A stretch of 64,000 nt of DNA from Stegostoma tigrinum (lineage: Eukaryota): positions 26,097,899 to 26,161,898 of the forward strand of contig NC_081368.1 of assembly GCF_030684315.1 (NCBI RefSeq), given 5' to 3'. The notes below the pieces were generated by a model. That model did not search any database. It was given only the letters and a program-made list of their open reading frames with translations, and had not been told where the DNA came from. Positions 26,563-39,670 of the stretch are shown here, one piece after another. The position numbers and the translations under genes are program-made. Position 1 is the first letter of the stretch. The number at the start of each line of letters is the position of its first letter.

Positions 26563-26764
26563 CCCTGAGAGTATGAAGAGCAGGAATGATGTTTTCTACT
26601 TGCAGCCAGAACGCTCCTGTGTGGCTGAGAGTCCCCTGTGGTATTCAGTCATTCCCATGGATCGGAGTATGTTGGAGAGCATGCTGAATAGAATTATGGC
26701 TGTGAAGGAAATCTATGATGACTATTCGAAGGATTCACTTGAAGATGATGATGTTGAAGGATGA
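26563..26764 (+). CDS. zmym3: ZMYM3 terminal coding exon
   Basis: ctgcag|C CCT..., phase 2. Encodes PESMKSRNDVFYLQPERSCVAESPLWYSVIPMDRSMLESMLNRIMAVKEIYDDYSKDSLEDDDVEG*, with TGA at 26762-26764. Confidence 0.95.
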
Positions 26765-27683
26765 TGTTTAGTAGATATTGTACAGAGTTCTGTTACATTT
26801 ATTAGAAAAAACAATGGGTCATTATAGACTGGCCTACTTGGTGCTGCGGGAAAAAAAATACTACACTCGTACTTGCAGAGTCATGTGGCCTGTTGTGAGA
26901 GCAGACGGTTAGACTATCACCATTGTTTAGAGACAGTATCCCTTTTAGTGTGTGTACATTTGCTGACGAGCAGGTGTATGCAACATTCTTAGTGACCAAA
27001 AACTATATCATGAACCTAAAACTCCTGCAGTTGGTGAACGGGCAGCTTTGTTCTTGCTTTGGATGGAACAGCTGACATTTATAATGGAATGCTCACTGCT
27101 GCGATGGGAGAGCCCTTCAATTAATTGCAATCTTGGGATTTTCAGAGTTGCTTAAATGGTTATTGTTATGAAATGATGAATGCTGCAAAATAGCCTGCCT
27201 TCCCATTGGTCCCATTTTGTTTTGTGAAAAAGGAGCTTCAGAAGGGTAATGGAGAGCAAGAGGAGAGGTTGAAGTCAAATATCTCTAGAATATTTTGCCT
27301 TGCATGCTTTTTCCAGGAGAATTTGAGGGCAAGTGGCATATCACTGAGGCACACCTGGAATTTGCTGTCTGAAATATCCTTGTACTTGCTATTACAGTAC
27401 AGTTTAATTCTCAGCTGTTCTGCTGATGGAGCTTGGGAGAGGCACGAACAAGGGAAAATGTTTTCAAAGTGCGTGAATAGAAATTTAAAAATATATTTTT
27501 ATAATTGATTTGAAGGTGGGAAAAAGGTAATACCATCAACAAGTCACCTATCTCTCTGAAGGGTCTTTTCTCAATCAGTCTGCTGGGTCTCATTCAGATA
27601 TAAGGAGTTGAAGATTTAAGTGAATGATTGCTAGAGAAAATGAACAACAGAGAAGAAACAAGAACTTGAGCACCGTAAACTGA

Positions 27684-27757
27684 CCCTCCCTTGTAGTTCT
27701 TGCCTACCCTTCTGATATGTCCCTCCCTTGTAGTTCTTGCCTACCCTTCTGATATGT
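27684..27757 (+). repeat. Perfect 37-bp tandem duplication in putative zmym3 3' UTR
   Basis: CCCTCCCTTGTAGTTCTTGCCTACCCTTCTGATATGT x2. Confidence 0.95.
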
Positions 27758-30392
27758 TTGCCGCTTTCTGTATCTGTTTTTTAAAAAAAATGTATTTCAT
27801 GTACTTTTTATTATAACCAGAAAGGCTGTGAACAATTTATAGGTGCTAGTTGTCATTATTGCTAGTGCAGAGGACCTTGAAAGTTTGAAGATAACATGAA
27901 GGTTATCCAGAGAATACTTTTTTGTTCCCAGTTTCATACTTTTAATTTCTGATTAAATAAGCCATTTTAATTCCTTCATCTCATTCCTCAGTGCTGCTAC
28001 AGTCAGTAGCAATGATGCTTTCACAACTTTACCTATCAGACTGTGTCCAGCTAAATTTCTTCAGACTCTCATATGGTAGATTAGAATTTGAAGTGACGCT
28101 CAAAAAAAAATCTCTGTAGCTCACACACATAGCTAACAGACTGAAATATCTGCCTCTGTTTTGGCGATTCAGGGTTGATGGGGTTAAGGCAAGGAAATGT
28201 TCCTGCATCCTCGTTCAGCACTTCCCCTATCTTTCTACTGCCAAGTGGCTCAACAGAACTGTTGGAAAAATTCAGTATGTGTAGAAACATGGATGAGAAG
28301 GGGATCAAAAAGGGGATACTGTCTCTTATGTGTATTTCTGTAGTATATATGAACCTGTTTCAGTGAGCTAGATCAGTGTAAAACCAATCTGTTTTAAAAT
28401 GATAAATATCTGCACAGTATTCAGTTGGTAAACTGATGGTTTGCCAAGTTTTCTCTCAGTTTAATTTTTTAAAGAAAAATTTAAAAGGTGCTTATGCAAA
28501 CTGGATGGACATTACATTGTGAGGGATTTACAAACTGCTGTATCACAATCATCAATTGTTAAAAGACTCCTATATCTAGAAGAAAGCAGTTCAGTTTCAT
28601 TCAGATTATTTCAGGAAGTGCTTTTTTTTTTGATGTGATGTAACATTTAGGGGGAAAAAGTATTTACATGTCCGCAGTGAAGCATTTTTAGGGTATGTAG
28701 TGTAGGGACACTATAATGACCCTTTTATTATCTTCCTTATGTTGAATTGTAATCTGTGAAGAGCTATGTCTTCTCCACTTAGAGTAAAAGAAATTCTTGA
28801 TAGATGGATAATTTGAAACAATAAGAATCTCAAATTTATTACGTAGAGTGGTATATGCTTCCATGATGCTATCTTGTTTTGGAAAAAGGGATTAGAAGAA
28901 AGATGGCCAAAGTTTGTTACAGTGGACCCTACTAAATGGTATCTGCTTCTAGAAATGCAATTGTATATTTGTTAGATTCTTTCTAATACGTAATAACAGT
29001 AATATTGCATTGATCTGGGATTTGGTCCATTCATCCAGTAATGGCCATTGGTTGTTTTACTGCTCCCAAGCCTAACCACACAGTCATTGTATAAATTGTT
29101 GACCAAAGCTGAACAATGTTATCTTATTTTATTGGAAAAGATTGTAGAAAAGTGGCTGAAAACATAAAGATTGATCGTGTTCTCCCAGTTACATATTTTG
29201 TCTATTGTGCATTCATTGGTCCTTTTTAAGTAGTTGTACAGAATTCCCAAACTTGATGCTTGACTTTGTTGTGATTGAAAATGGTTTCTTAAAAAAAAAC
29301 TTCTGGTTTGTGGCTGATGGCATTAGGACAATGAGCGAACGTTTGTAAGGTTGCCTTTTCCGATTAGTTTCCGATGTTTCTTGGTCAGAGTTCATGAAAT
29401 GTTGCTGAACCACTGCAGCATATAGTAAAGGAAATTACTGAGCTGTTTTGTACACCCTTTCTCTTTTGTTTACTCTCCTTCCGTTACCCCTCCCCCAAAC
29501 ATCACCTGCCCCACAACACACTGTCAAAATATTTATTATGTGTTTATTGTATGACAGAGATTATTTACTTCAAGGGTAATTGTCTGTGTTCACTTTAAAT
29601 TTAGCTGTCAGTTTAGATTAGTTCTGTGGAGATTGACTACTAATGTCTTCTATTTAAGTGATGGTTGATTAGCTCCTTTACAATATTTTAAAAGCGTCTC
29701 TTCTGCTTCCCATTCAGTGTGACATGATTCAAGGTTGTTTCAGTTTTTGTGATGGCCAATGAACAGAGGAGAATTGGAAGAAAGTGAGACTTGCCGAGAA
29801 AGACTCATGTGAAGAGTGCTTTAGACAACTCCTCTCTTCACAAAATTTCTGCATTCCTGAGCTCTCGGATTCATGTTGAATACATTTCCAAGCCCTCATC
29901 ATAGAGGCTACTTTTTAAATTGAAGCAACTGTACTAAATATTAGTAGAAATAATGTCTTAGTCATTTTTACTCCTGATATTCAAATCCATGCTTTTAACA
30001 GCATTAGTCGCTATCTATTGCTTTGGAACACTTACTTTTGTTTAGAGGAATTTAAAGGAAAAAAATTAGTTGTAACAGTGCTGTCCTCAGGTGAGATCAC
30101 TTAATACATCACAGGTTAGGCATCAAACACTGGAGCTCTTGCTGTCAATAACTCCATTTCAAACTGCATGCACTTTGTCAACTGAGCCATTGGAGGAGAA
30201 AATGTCTGGCCTACATTACATATAATGTTGACAACTTGAGCCATTTTTGTAGCTTTTTAGTTTAAAACGTACATCGCATGTTCCACATGAAATTCCATTC
30301 AATGTAAGACTAAAAACTAAGCCCTCCTCTTCCAAATTAAAATATATTTAGCACAGCTATTGATTGCAGAGTGATTTATATTGGTTTGTTTC

Positions 30393-30398
30393 AATAAA
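30393..30398 (+). promoter_or_regulatory. Candidate proximal polyadenylation signal of zmym3
   Basis: AATAAA followed by T-rich downstream sequence, inside a repeat-free UTR-like block. Confidence 0.45.
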
Positions 30399-31198
30399 GA
30401 TCTGGAATTTCTTCTTTGAACTGCATTGATTTTTACCTTTAGTAGCTATATATTTTCCAAAGCAATAGTACTACCTACATTTTTGTAAACTACCAACTAC
30501 TGCCTCATTGCTATTCTTTTGTCTCCAGACAGGCTATTCTGGGTTTGCAGAGTGCCATTCAGCTGTGTTGTTCCGTTTACAATTGGCAATAAGTAAGCTA
30601 TTTGGGTGAGAACAGAGGTGGCAAATCTTGTCAGCTTTTCTTCCCTTCCATCACCCTTTTTGATGCCTTCTCTTGTCTCCTTGCTGTTCACAATGAATTG
30701 CTTTAAAGTTTGACTTGATTTCAGGCTCCAAACTGCGGGATGCAGCTATGATTAAATGTACTTGGAGCTCAGACCTAATGTCTTTTGTGTTTATAGTCTG
30801 AATATTAGTTACTGTGTAGTCATTTTGTTTGTTCCTATGGAATTCCATCTGGGTGCTGAATCTAACTATATTTCTTTTGAATCCACCCCACACCCCTGAC
30901 TGCAGCTTGAATACTCACGCCAGTCTTGTAGGTCTTGTTCCATGTCCTCATTGAGAATTCTTATCCCTTTACTGTTGAGAACTTTGCAGAAAATCTGCTT
31001 TGCTGTAAATGTTCTCCTTGCTTGTAGGGGAGTGTCCGTGAACTTGAATCGAACCATTAGCTGTCTTGTTTCTGTTGTGTTTTTAATATCAAATGGTGTA
31101 AAGTACTGCATTTTACAATAATTTTCAATACAGATTTTACTCTGTTCGGTTGAGCCTCTAATACAGTAAGCTGCTATATTATACCACTGTTGTGTTTG

Positions 31199-31204
31199 AA
31201 TAAA
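31199..31204 (+). promoter_or_regulatory. Candidate distal polyadenylation signal of zmym3
   Basis: AATAAA near the end of the repeat-free block, preceded by TGT-rich UTR-like sequence. Confidence 0.45.
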
Positions 31205-32186
31205 AGTTGTATATGCATCTATAAAGAAGGTGACCCTTGTACTTGAAGTAATATATCATCGGGGATTTATCAGCTCCTTGTCAAATCCTATTTCAAGGAG
31301 TCAAACTAGGTGGCATTTTCCTTGCCACGACTGTAACTGCCTACAAATAAATGCATCAAAACAGTGTCAAAAATTCTACCTCCACTGAGCCAACTCATTT
31401 AACGGATGATTCATGACTATTTAAAAAGAATAAAGATTGCTATTTCATTTTAAAAAATAATTAGGCAGTTTTTAGCTAGCCATTGACCTCGAAGATCTGG
31501 CAATCTCTGGGCAGCTTTATGCTTTCCCAATTTTTGAGTAAATGTGTCACCAAGTCAAGGCAGCAGGATGTCGTTAAGCAGTGCAGGCAGCCACATGAAA
31601 TCATTCTTGCAGACAGAAAGCAAGAAACCACTGAATCCTGGTTCTTAAACTTTAAAACTTGTAGCTCGTGAAATAGTCACATGGATATAAGTTTTGTTTT
31701 GCTAAGCTTTCAAAAAAGTGGAATGCAAACATGACATTCAATAAAATTACTCATGGTTGATGAGATGTTTAAGTCGTTGTTCACCTACTTTGATGAATGA
31801 TGCAGAACTTGACTTTGAAAGCAAAGCAATATTTTAAAAGATTTTATAGTGAAATGAATCAAGTAGTAGCTCTGCTGTGATCAGTAATTCTGTCATGATT
31901 GCATTCTGGAATCTGCACTGCAGAATCACTGTCATCTAGAAATCGGTTTCAAAGTTTGTTTCCAAGTACAGTATATGGAAAAGCTATGATGCTGTCAGAT
32001 AGTTAATGACAGTGATGGTAAAATTTGGATCATAATTTCTTGTTGGTGTGAGAGAGCGAGACTGCTTGCCTTATCCATTCAGAAATGCACTAATAATCGC
32101 AATATATCAATTGGAGGGCTGATTAGCCTACATTTATGACAATCAGAAAAGGCACCTTTTAAGCAATTTGTTGAAACTTTTTTAAA

Positions 32187-32520
32187 ATTCATTCATGGGA
32201 TGAAGAAGCCATTGGTTCAACTAGCATTGATTGCTTGGCCGACAATCAAGAGTAAACCACATTGCCCTGGGTCTGGAGTCACTTGTAGTCCAGACCAGGT
32301 AAGGGGGCAGCTTCCTTCCCCGAAGGACATTAGTGAACTAGATGGGTTTCTCCCAACAATTGACAATGGTTTGGCCCACCATTAGACCCTTAATTCCAAA
32401 CTCCTATTGAATTTAAATTCCACTGTCTGCCGTGGCAGGATTTGAACCAGGTATCCGGAACATTACCCAAGTCTCTGCACTAACCGTCCAGTGATAATAC
32501 CACTAGGCCTTTGCCTTCCC
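32187..32520 (-). mobile_element. tRNA-derived SINE (second family)
   Basis: Minus strand starts GGGAAGGCAAAGGCCTAGTGG (A box) ... GGTTCAAATCC (B box). The 3' tail ...CCCATGAATGAAT resembles the 3' end of the LINE at 43229. Confidence 0.8.
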
Positions 32521-33019
32521 TAACTGAGGTTAATGTCTGACTTTATACAGTGAATAGTATTGAGAGTTGGTTCTAGAAAAGCTACTTTTTTTTTCTACTT
32601 AGCATACAGTCTTTCGATCAACCTACTGTGTCTTCACTGCAGTCAAATAGGTTTGAGTCTGTGCTGCAGCATGAAATCCCAGACCATATCCATGGCCTTT
32701 GGAATTTCAGCTAGGGAAGCAGGTGGGTGTTCATCAGACTCTTCAGAGCCATTGTGATAATTATCTTCCATTGATAAAATTTTGTTCATTTTACTGATCC
32801 ATTTACTGAACCCTGGAGGTTCATCCATGTAGTTTTGTTAATCTTTACTGCATGGGTAGTGTCTTGACATTGAAGCAAAATGGCTTCTTGGACATTGTTT
32901 CATAAAGTGGTCATTTTTCAGTGCCATCATTTTGGTGCAGACCATCGCAGTGATAAATTCGCAGCTTTGTTTTCCGCCTTTTATATGTTACAGGCTTTAA
33001 ACCTAGGTTGAACTTTTCA

Positions 33020-33315
33020 ATTACAAGGGGATACAGGTTTAAGATGAGAGGGCAAAAGTTTAAGATGTGCAAGGAAAGTTTTTTACAGAGAGAGTGGTAG
33101 GAGCCTGGAATGCACTGCCAGAGGAGATGTTAGAACCAGGCACATTGGCGACATTTAAGAGGCATCTGAATGGTTTCATGATAGCAAGGGGAATGGAAGG
33201 ATATGGACCAAATAAGGGTAGAAGTTTTTTCTAGTTTAGTCAGGGCATAATGATCAGCATAGGCTTAGAGCGTCAAAGGTCCTGTTTCTATGCTGTATTT
33301 CTCCTTTGTTCTAAA
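33020..33315 (+). mobile_element. CR1 LINE 3' fragment
   Basis: FTERVVGAWNALPEEML...TFKRHL pattern with terminal GGTCCTGTTTCTATGCTGTA...TTCTA. Confidence 0.8.
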
Positions 33316-34354
33316 CATGAAAGGGCAGTTTTGCCCAGTTTCATTTGTGTTATCGAAGTTTTAATTATCATTCAGAATGTGAACGAAAACATTTTTGCAG
33401 TCTTTGCTACAGATTTGATTGTGGTTTGGTGCTCCAGTGTGATCCATCTCTACTCTCACTCACTGGTTGGTACAGTTTATATGCCAAGTGTGCGTGAGTT
33501 TGGCAAATGCAGAATTACTCCTGCAGAACTTTGACAGCCATGGCAGAACAGAAGACAACAATTTCACTGAAGCAATAAATATAGTGAATGTCATTTTGAA
33601 TAAACTTGTAGCTTGTGCTGAATTTATTAATATTGGTCCTAGCAGTGAGATTGATTTGTGGTAACTCCTTTTCCGTGAAGGAATATCACAGAACTGTCGA
33701 CTGGATAAACAGGCCGAGTAGCATCCCCCAAAGTTGTTTTTTGAAGGCAAAGAAAACAAATCCTATTCAAGCACGCTCTGTGTGAGATAAAAAGTACAAT
33801 CTACTAATTCCAGAGCTGTAACTGCATTCATTTTACTGTTGATTGGTTTGTTGAAGCATTTGCTAATCAGAATTAGAATTGGTTTTATTGTGCAGTGAAA
33901 CGTTTGCAATGTCACTGCCTATGGCACTACCTTAGCTACAGGATCTCTGGATACAGATACTTAAATATTGTTACAGCATTGAAAGAATAACAAATAAAAT
34001 CCAGCATAGGAATACAAAGTTTGTAAAAAGCACTGTAATTACAGTCCTTTCCACCAAGTCCATGCCAACAGCTAGCTACCAGACTGCACCGGACTAAGTT
34101 GCCAGACTGCTCTCGTCTTCAAAACTCAAGACTTCGCTTCCTTCATGCCAGCTTCTGGCCTGGGACTCTAAGATGACAGGTAGGTTAGAGCTGAAAGGTT
34201 TGCATTATTAGGGACTAATGCACATGTAACTCAGGGCGTTTTACATCTCAGCATTTATATATCATGCACTTGAAAAAGCTGCAAATGTTGAAAACTATCA
34301 TTTGTAAAATGGAAAACAAAGCTTATGTTTGGCTTTGAAAACACAGTGAATGAA

Positions 34355-34945
34355 GAACAAACAACGAGCGCACCTGTAAGCCCACCAAGCCTGTGCTGAT
34401 GTGATACCTTCCTTTCTAAACTAAAAACCTTTTTCCTGTATGCAGTCCATATCTCTCTAATTCCTGCCAATTCACATGTCTGTAAAACACCTCTGAAATG
34501 TTGCTGTTTTATCTGCCTCCTCCACTGCCTCTGGAAGCATATTCTATGAGCTTATCACCCTCTCCATAAAAACGAAATTTGCCTGTCATGTTTAAAACTT
34601 TTATCTTAAACCTATGCCCCCTGGTAATTGGTATTTCTCCCTTGGGAGGGAGACTAACTTCATAACTCCTAGTTTTGTAAATTTCTATCAGGTCATCCAT
34701 CAACTTCTAACGTTCAAGTGCAAACAAACCATGTTTGCCCAATCTGTCCCCATTGCTATTACCAACCAAACCAGCCAACATTCCAGTAAACAGTTTCTTG
34801 TACCTTCTCCAATGCCTCCACATCCCTTTGGTAGTGTGGCACCCACAACATTGCACAATATTCCAAATGTAAATTAACTAAAGTTGTATACAGCTGCAAA
34901 ATACTTGCAAATTTTTACACTCTATGCCCTGACCAATGAAGGAAA
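34355..34945 (-). mobile_element. CR1 LINE 3' fragment, degenerate
   Basis: ORF 34509..34703 reads DDLIEIYK...TRGHRFKI. Confidence 0.75.
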
Positions 34946-34979
34946 GCTGTTGCTCTGCAGTGTGGATTTGAGTGTGGCA

Positions 34980-35515
34980 AGGAACTCTGTCCTATTAGCA
35001 TCTGAGTGGTTGTAGTTGAGTCCACGTATTAGAAGAGCCTTCTCTGTCTGTTAGTGTCCTGTCTAAGAGATTTCTTAACCAAGTATCTGATCTTTGGTAG
35101 GTTACTTTGGCTAGTTTTTCTTGTAGGATCGGTCTTCCTTAGCTCTTGTTATTTGTTGACTGATTGTTAAAGGGGCTTTCTAAGTCTGTTGTCCACTCTA
35201 GATTGGTTGTGTTTAGGAGTAAGGTTTTTTGGCACATAATTTCCCTGTGGTGTTCGTTGTGTGCATTGTTAATCATTGCCTTCACCATTCTGCGGCTGTT
35301 GTGTTCTGCTGTCCTATGTGCATTGTGTTGTTGATGGGAGTTTTGTATCTAACACTGTGTTGTAATACCTGGTTCCTGAGGCATCCATGCAGGAAGTAGA
35401 GTTGCTTGCGGGTAACTCACTGTCATTTGGTATAGGTTTCCCATTTCCCAGCCAATTTGAGCGTACTGTGCCCGAAGGTATCTAAAGGTTCTTGAGTAGG
35501 TTTTTAGCTCTGGTT
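34980..35515 (-). mobile_element. Probable N-terminal region of a PLE ORF, degenerate
   Basis: Strand-skewed (A/C-rich on minus) coding-like sequence next to the PLE at 35520. Recognition only. Confidence 0.35.
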
Positions 35516-35519
35516 GTGG

Positions 35520-36670
35520 ATGCCATGGTTGGTTCACTCACTGAGCTGGTGTGTTAGTTCACAGTCATTTCATTACCCTGCTGGGTGACAACATCAGTGC
35601 AGCCTCTGATGAAGCGTTGTTCAGAGACTTGAAAGCATAGGCGTTCCGCAGATCCAACATAGACTATGGATCCAATACGTGGATGACATTTTTGTTGTCA
35701 TCAAACGGACTAAACAGACTCACTAACATCAAATTCACCAAGGAGGAAAAGAGCAAACAGCTCCCATTTCTGGACGTCCTAGTAGAATGCAGGGCCAATG
35801 GGGAATTTCTGACAAAGGTACACAGGCCGTGCATGGATCAAGTTCTGAATTTCAACAGCAAGCGCCCTAACACCCATAAATGGAATTGCATAAAAACACT
35901 ATTTAAACGAGTGACAACACACCGCTGCAATCCGGAACGAGGCCAAAACAAAGAAGAATACCCCTACCAAGTATTTAAGGACAAAGATTACTCGAACAGC
36001 TGGATCTGACTCTGCCTATCACACAAACAACAACAGAAAGAGACAGTATGCCCTGACACACACCACGTTACCATGCATCAAGTACATATCCAAACTGCCC
36101 ACAAGCCTCCCACGACCATTGGGTATCAGAGTGGCACCGTAAACCTGCATCAACCCTATGCCAATTGCTAACTCGAGCCAAAGACCACTTCCCCTTTGTG
36201 GATAGAATCAATGTGATATATAAGATCCCATCCAAAGACTGTGACAAATATTACATTGGACAGACAGTAAGGAAAACTAGCCACAAGAGAGTACATGAGC
36301 ACCAACTAGTGACAAAAAAAACATGATGAGTACTTCCTCGTCTTCATTCACATGGATAAGGAGAGCCACCTGTTTGATTAGGACAGCATCGGGATGCTAG
36401 GACAGGCCAAACCGAGACAAGCACAGGAATTTCTAGAGACTAGGTTCTCCACCAAGAATGCCATCAATACACGTGTAGACCTTATGTACACACCACTGCA
36501 ATGAAAAACCGGAAACTAGGTAATCAATTCCAATGGACCCCAGCGTTTAAATACCAGACGGGAAAACAGAACACAACTGCGCTTCATCCGAGGCTGCACC
36601 ACCCCCAGCGCGGTAAAGAAACATCTGCACACTAATGAACCAGCTCAGCGATTGAACCAACCACAGCATA
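35520..36670 (+). mobile_element. Poseidon-like PLE remnant (RT thumb plus GIY-YIG) with inverted terminal arm
   Basis: WIQYVDD, IKFTKEEKSKQLPFLDVLV, NVIYKIPSKDCDKYYIGQT motifs. 35523-35620 is an inverted copy of ~36575-36665. Confidence 0.85.
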
Positions 36671-36725
36671 TCAGTATTACGTAAAAAACAAAAGAACTGT
36701 GTGAATGCTGTAAATCAGGAACAAC

Positions 36726-36871
36726 ATAGAACATTACAGCACAGTACAGGCCCTTCGGCCTTCGCTGTTGTGCCGACCTGTCATACCGATCTCAAGCCCA
36801 TCTAACCTACACTATTCCATGTACGTCCATATGCTAGTCCAATGATGACTTAAATGTACTTAAAGTTGGCG
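36726..36871 (-). mobile_element. CR1 3' end fragment inserted into a minus-strand PLE terminus (36685-~37400)
   Basis: Near-identical to 14999-15141. It splits the PLE tail (AAAGAACTG...ATGCTG...AATCAGGAACAA / AAACAGAGTTTGCTG...CTCAGCAGGTCTGGC). Confidence 0.8.
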
Positions 36872-37419
36872 AAAAACAGAGTTTGCTGCAAAAGCTCAGC
36901 AGGTCTGGCAATAGCTGTGAAGAGAAAATCCGAGTTAACATTTTGGAGAAGCTTTGGTCAGTTAAGGGCACATCCAGTCTCAGCCTAAAAGTTCGGCTAT
37001 GATCAGCAACTGGGAATTAGGCTATGACCAATCCTATAGTTGTAGTTCAACCAGTCTGGGGCTAGCAGAAGAGTCAGCGAACTGGTAAAGCCCTGAATTG
37101 GAGGAGGATTCTAGGTCAAGTTCAACTTAGGATTTGGGTGTGAAATATTGTGGGGAGGGGGGAACAGTCCCTGCTGTGTTGGACAAATTGAGAAACTGAA
37201 GTAGTGTAGGAATGGGACGGGTTGCAGTCAGACAGATGGAATAACAATTGTGAAGGCAGTAATGTGTGTCGATATTTGACATGGCAAATGTAGTAGATCA
37301 AGGGCTGAAGTGCAAAATACTCAGTGTCAGGAGAGAGGATTATATGGGCAGCCTGAAAGCAGATGTATGACAGCAACAGCTACGCAAAAAGGATACATGA
37401 AGTGGATGGGGGAGATTTT

Positions 37420-37745
37420 TTAAAATTATGGGATGAGGGTGTCGCTAGCTAGGCCATCATTTATAGTCCACCGTTAATTGCCCCAAGGGCTGAGAGTCGG
37501 GAGTCACATGTAAGCCTGACCAGTTAAGGATGGCAGTTTCCTTCCCTAAGGGACATTGGTGAATCAGATGGGTTTTTCCGACAGTCAGCAATGAATTCTT
37601 GGTCATCATTAGATTCTTAATTCCAGATATTTATTGAATTCATATTCTACCATCTGCCGTAGTGGAGATTCTAACCCTGGTCCCCTGAACATCATCTGGG
37701 TCTCTTGGATTAACAATCTAGCAATAATACCACGAGGCTATTTCC
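37420..37745 (-). mobile_element. tRNA-derived SINE (second family)
   Basis: Homologous to 32187-32520. Confidence 0.75.
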
Positions 37746-38684
37746 TCTCAAATGACTTATGACTTTTAGAGAGTACACACTGATCTACTGAGCATTGATG
37801 GAGTAGAAGGCACCACATTCACGTTCGATTAAAGCAGTTTGCTTTGTCCTGGATGGTGTCAAGCTTTGAGTCATGACAGTGCATTCATCCAGTCTTATGA
37901 CTTCCATGTGGAGCTGACACACTCAGGCATGTAACCTGGATAGTGTTATCTTTATCTAAATTTCAACTGTGCAAGAAGGATGAGAAATGGCTGTAAGCAC
38001 ACAGTAGGTTGAGTGACAGTTTGTGTGCGTCTGTGGAGGTGAAGTGGATTTGTTTCTGATGTGAGGCCCCTTGAGGGACAAAGGCAATAGTCAGGTGTTA
38101 ATGTATTAAATGATGACACCCAACTGCCATCAGATTTCTCTCTGCAGATTATACATTGATCAACAAGCACATTATAACTCTTGGCCAGGAGCATGTTCAC
38201 ACCATTGACCATACTAGTTTAATTATCTTGTCACCTCTAGGTGGACTTAAGTGTCACCTACAATCGCCAGTTCAAGCACATTTCAAAGGTCTTATTGCTG
38301 CTAATTAATTCAGGTGAACTAAGTTCAAAAAACATGGGTGCTTATATTCAATGCATTGAGTTGGTTGGATGAGGTGGCAGTGAGAATTATGCAGATATAA
38401 GCAACAAAATCCGAGATAATTCTAGATAGAGACATTATATTGCTCTTCTTTGAGGCCTCCATGTCATTTAGTATATTGTGACGTATTATGAAGCCTCGTT
38501 TGTTTACCAGGAAGTTGTCTTGTTTCTGATATTCCCCCATCTAACAGAAGGTGCCATTATTACTGCCTCACTTCCACAAACACAACGCAGGAGATAGTAG
38601 TATACATTAGAAAGGTATCAACAAGCCTAGAAACAAGAAGTTCTACTGCTTGTCACAGAGCTTAAAGAACTAGTATCAAGAAAC

Positions 38685-39670
38685 CCTAACCAAACTAGGG
38701 TCAATGGGAATCAATGTAAATTCTGGTGGTTGGAGTGAGATCTGGCACATTGGAAAATGGTTATATTTGTTGGAGATAAGTCATCTCAGCTCCAGGACAT
38801 CACTGTAGGAGTTCCTCAAGGCAATGTCCTTGGGTCCATATGCTAGGCTGTTTGAATGACTTTCCTCGTTATAAATGGAGGAAATGGGGATGTTTGTGCA
38901 ACGTTCAGCATCGTTTGTAACTCAGGCACTGAAACAAGCAATGGGGAAATGCAGTAATACCTGGACAATATTCACATTGAACTGAAGTAGCATTTGTGCC
39001 ATGCAAATGCCAGGCAATGTTGATATCTGATAAAAGACCATCTAACCATCACCTGAATCACTGAATTCCCCCACTATCAATATCCTGGAGAGTTGCACCT
39101 GACCAGAAACTCAACTGGAGTTACTATTTAAAGTCTGGGAATATGGCAGAGAGTAATTCACCTGACTCTCAAGCCTGTTCACCATCTACAAATGAACACA
39201 TCACTGTGTAGGAATAGCTTTCACCTGCCTGGATGAGTGCACCGCCAACAACACTTGAAGTTTGACACCATCCAGAAAAAACAGCCCACTCGATTGAATG
39301 TGCAGGTGGTGCCAGTTGCTCCTCCATCAATGCTCAGTAGAGCAGTGTGTACTATCCATAAGATGCATTGCAGAAACTTAAAAGGACTGCTTACGTAGCA
39401 CCATCACTACCCCTAAGGACAAAGACAACAGAGGTATGGGATCACCACTAGCTGCAAGTTCCTTCCTAGGTAACTTACTATCCTGATTTAGAAATAGATT
39501 GCAGTTTGTTCAGCCACTGGATCAAAATCCTGCAAGTCTCTCTGTAACGGCATTGTGGGTCTACCTACAACCCATGTAGTGCTGTGGTTCAAGAGGCAGC
39601 TCACCATCACCAGCAAAAGCACAACTTGGGACAGGCAATGAATGCGGATTTTCACATACCATGAGTCATT
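38685..39670 (+). mobile_element. LINE (CR1/L2-group) RT and 3' end, degenerate
   Basis: GVPQGNVLGP-like motif at ~38808-38838. Homologous to the reverse complement of 43229-43880. Confidence 0.75.

Noticed and set aside
1018-26764. QRICH1, ZMYM2 or ZMYM4 as the identity of the multi-exon gene
   Set aside because: They share DUF3504, but motifs such as GLLEDCDLFGPARDDVLAMAVKMANVLDEPGQDLEADFPK and [11 protein letters not shown] match ZMYM3 specifically.
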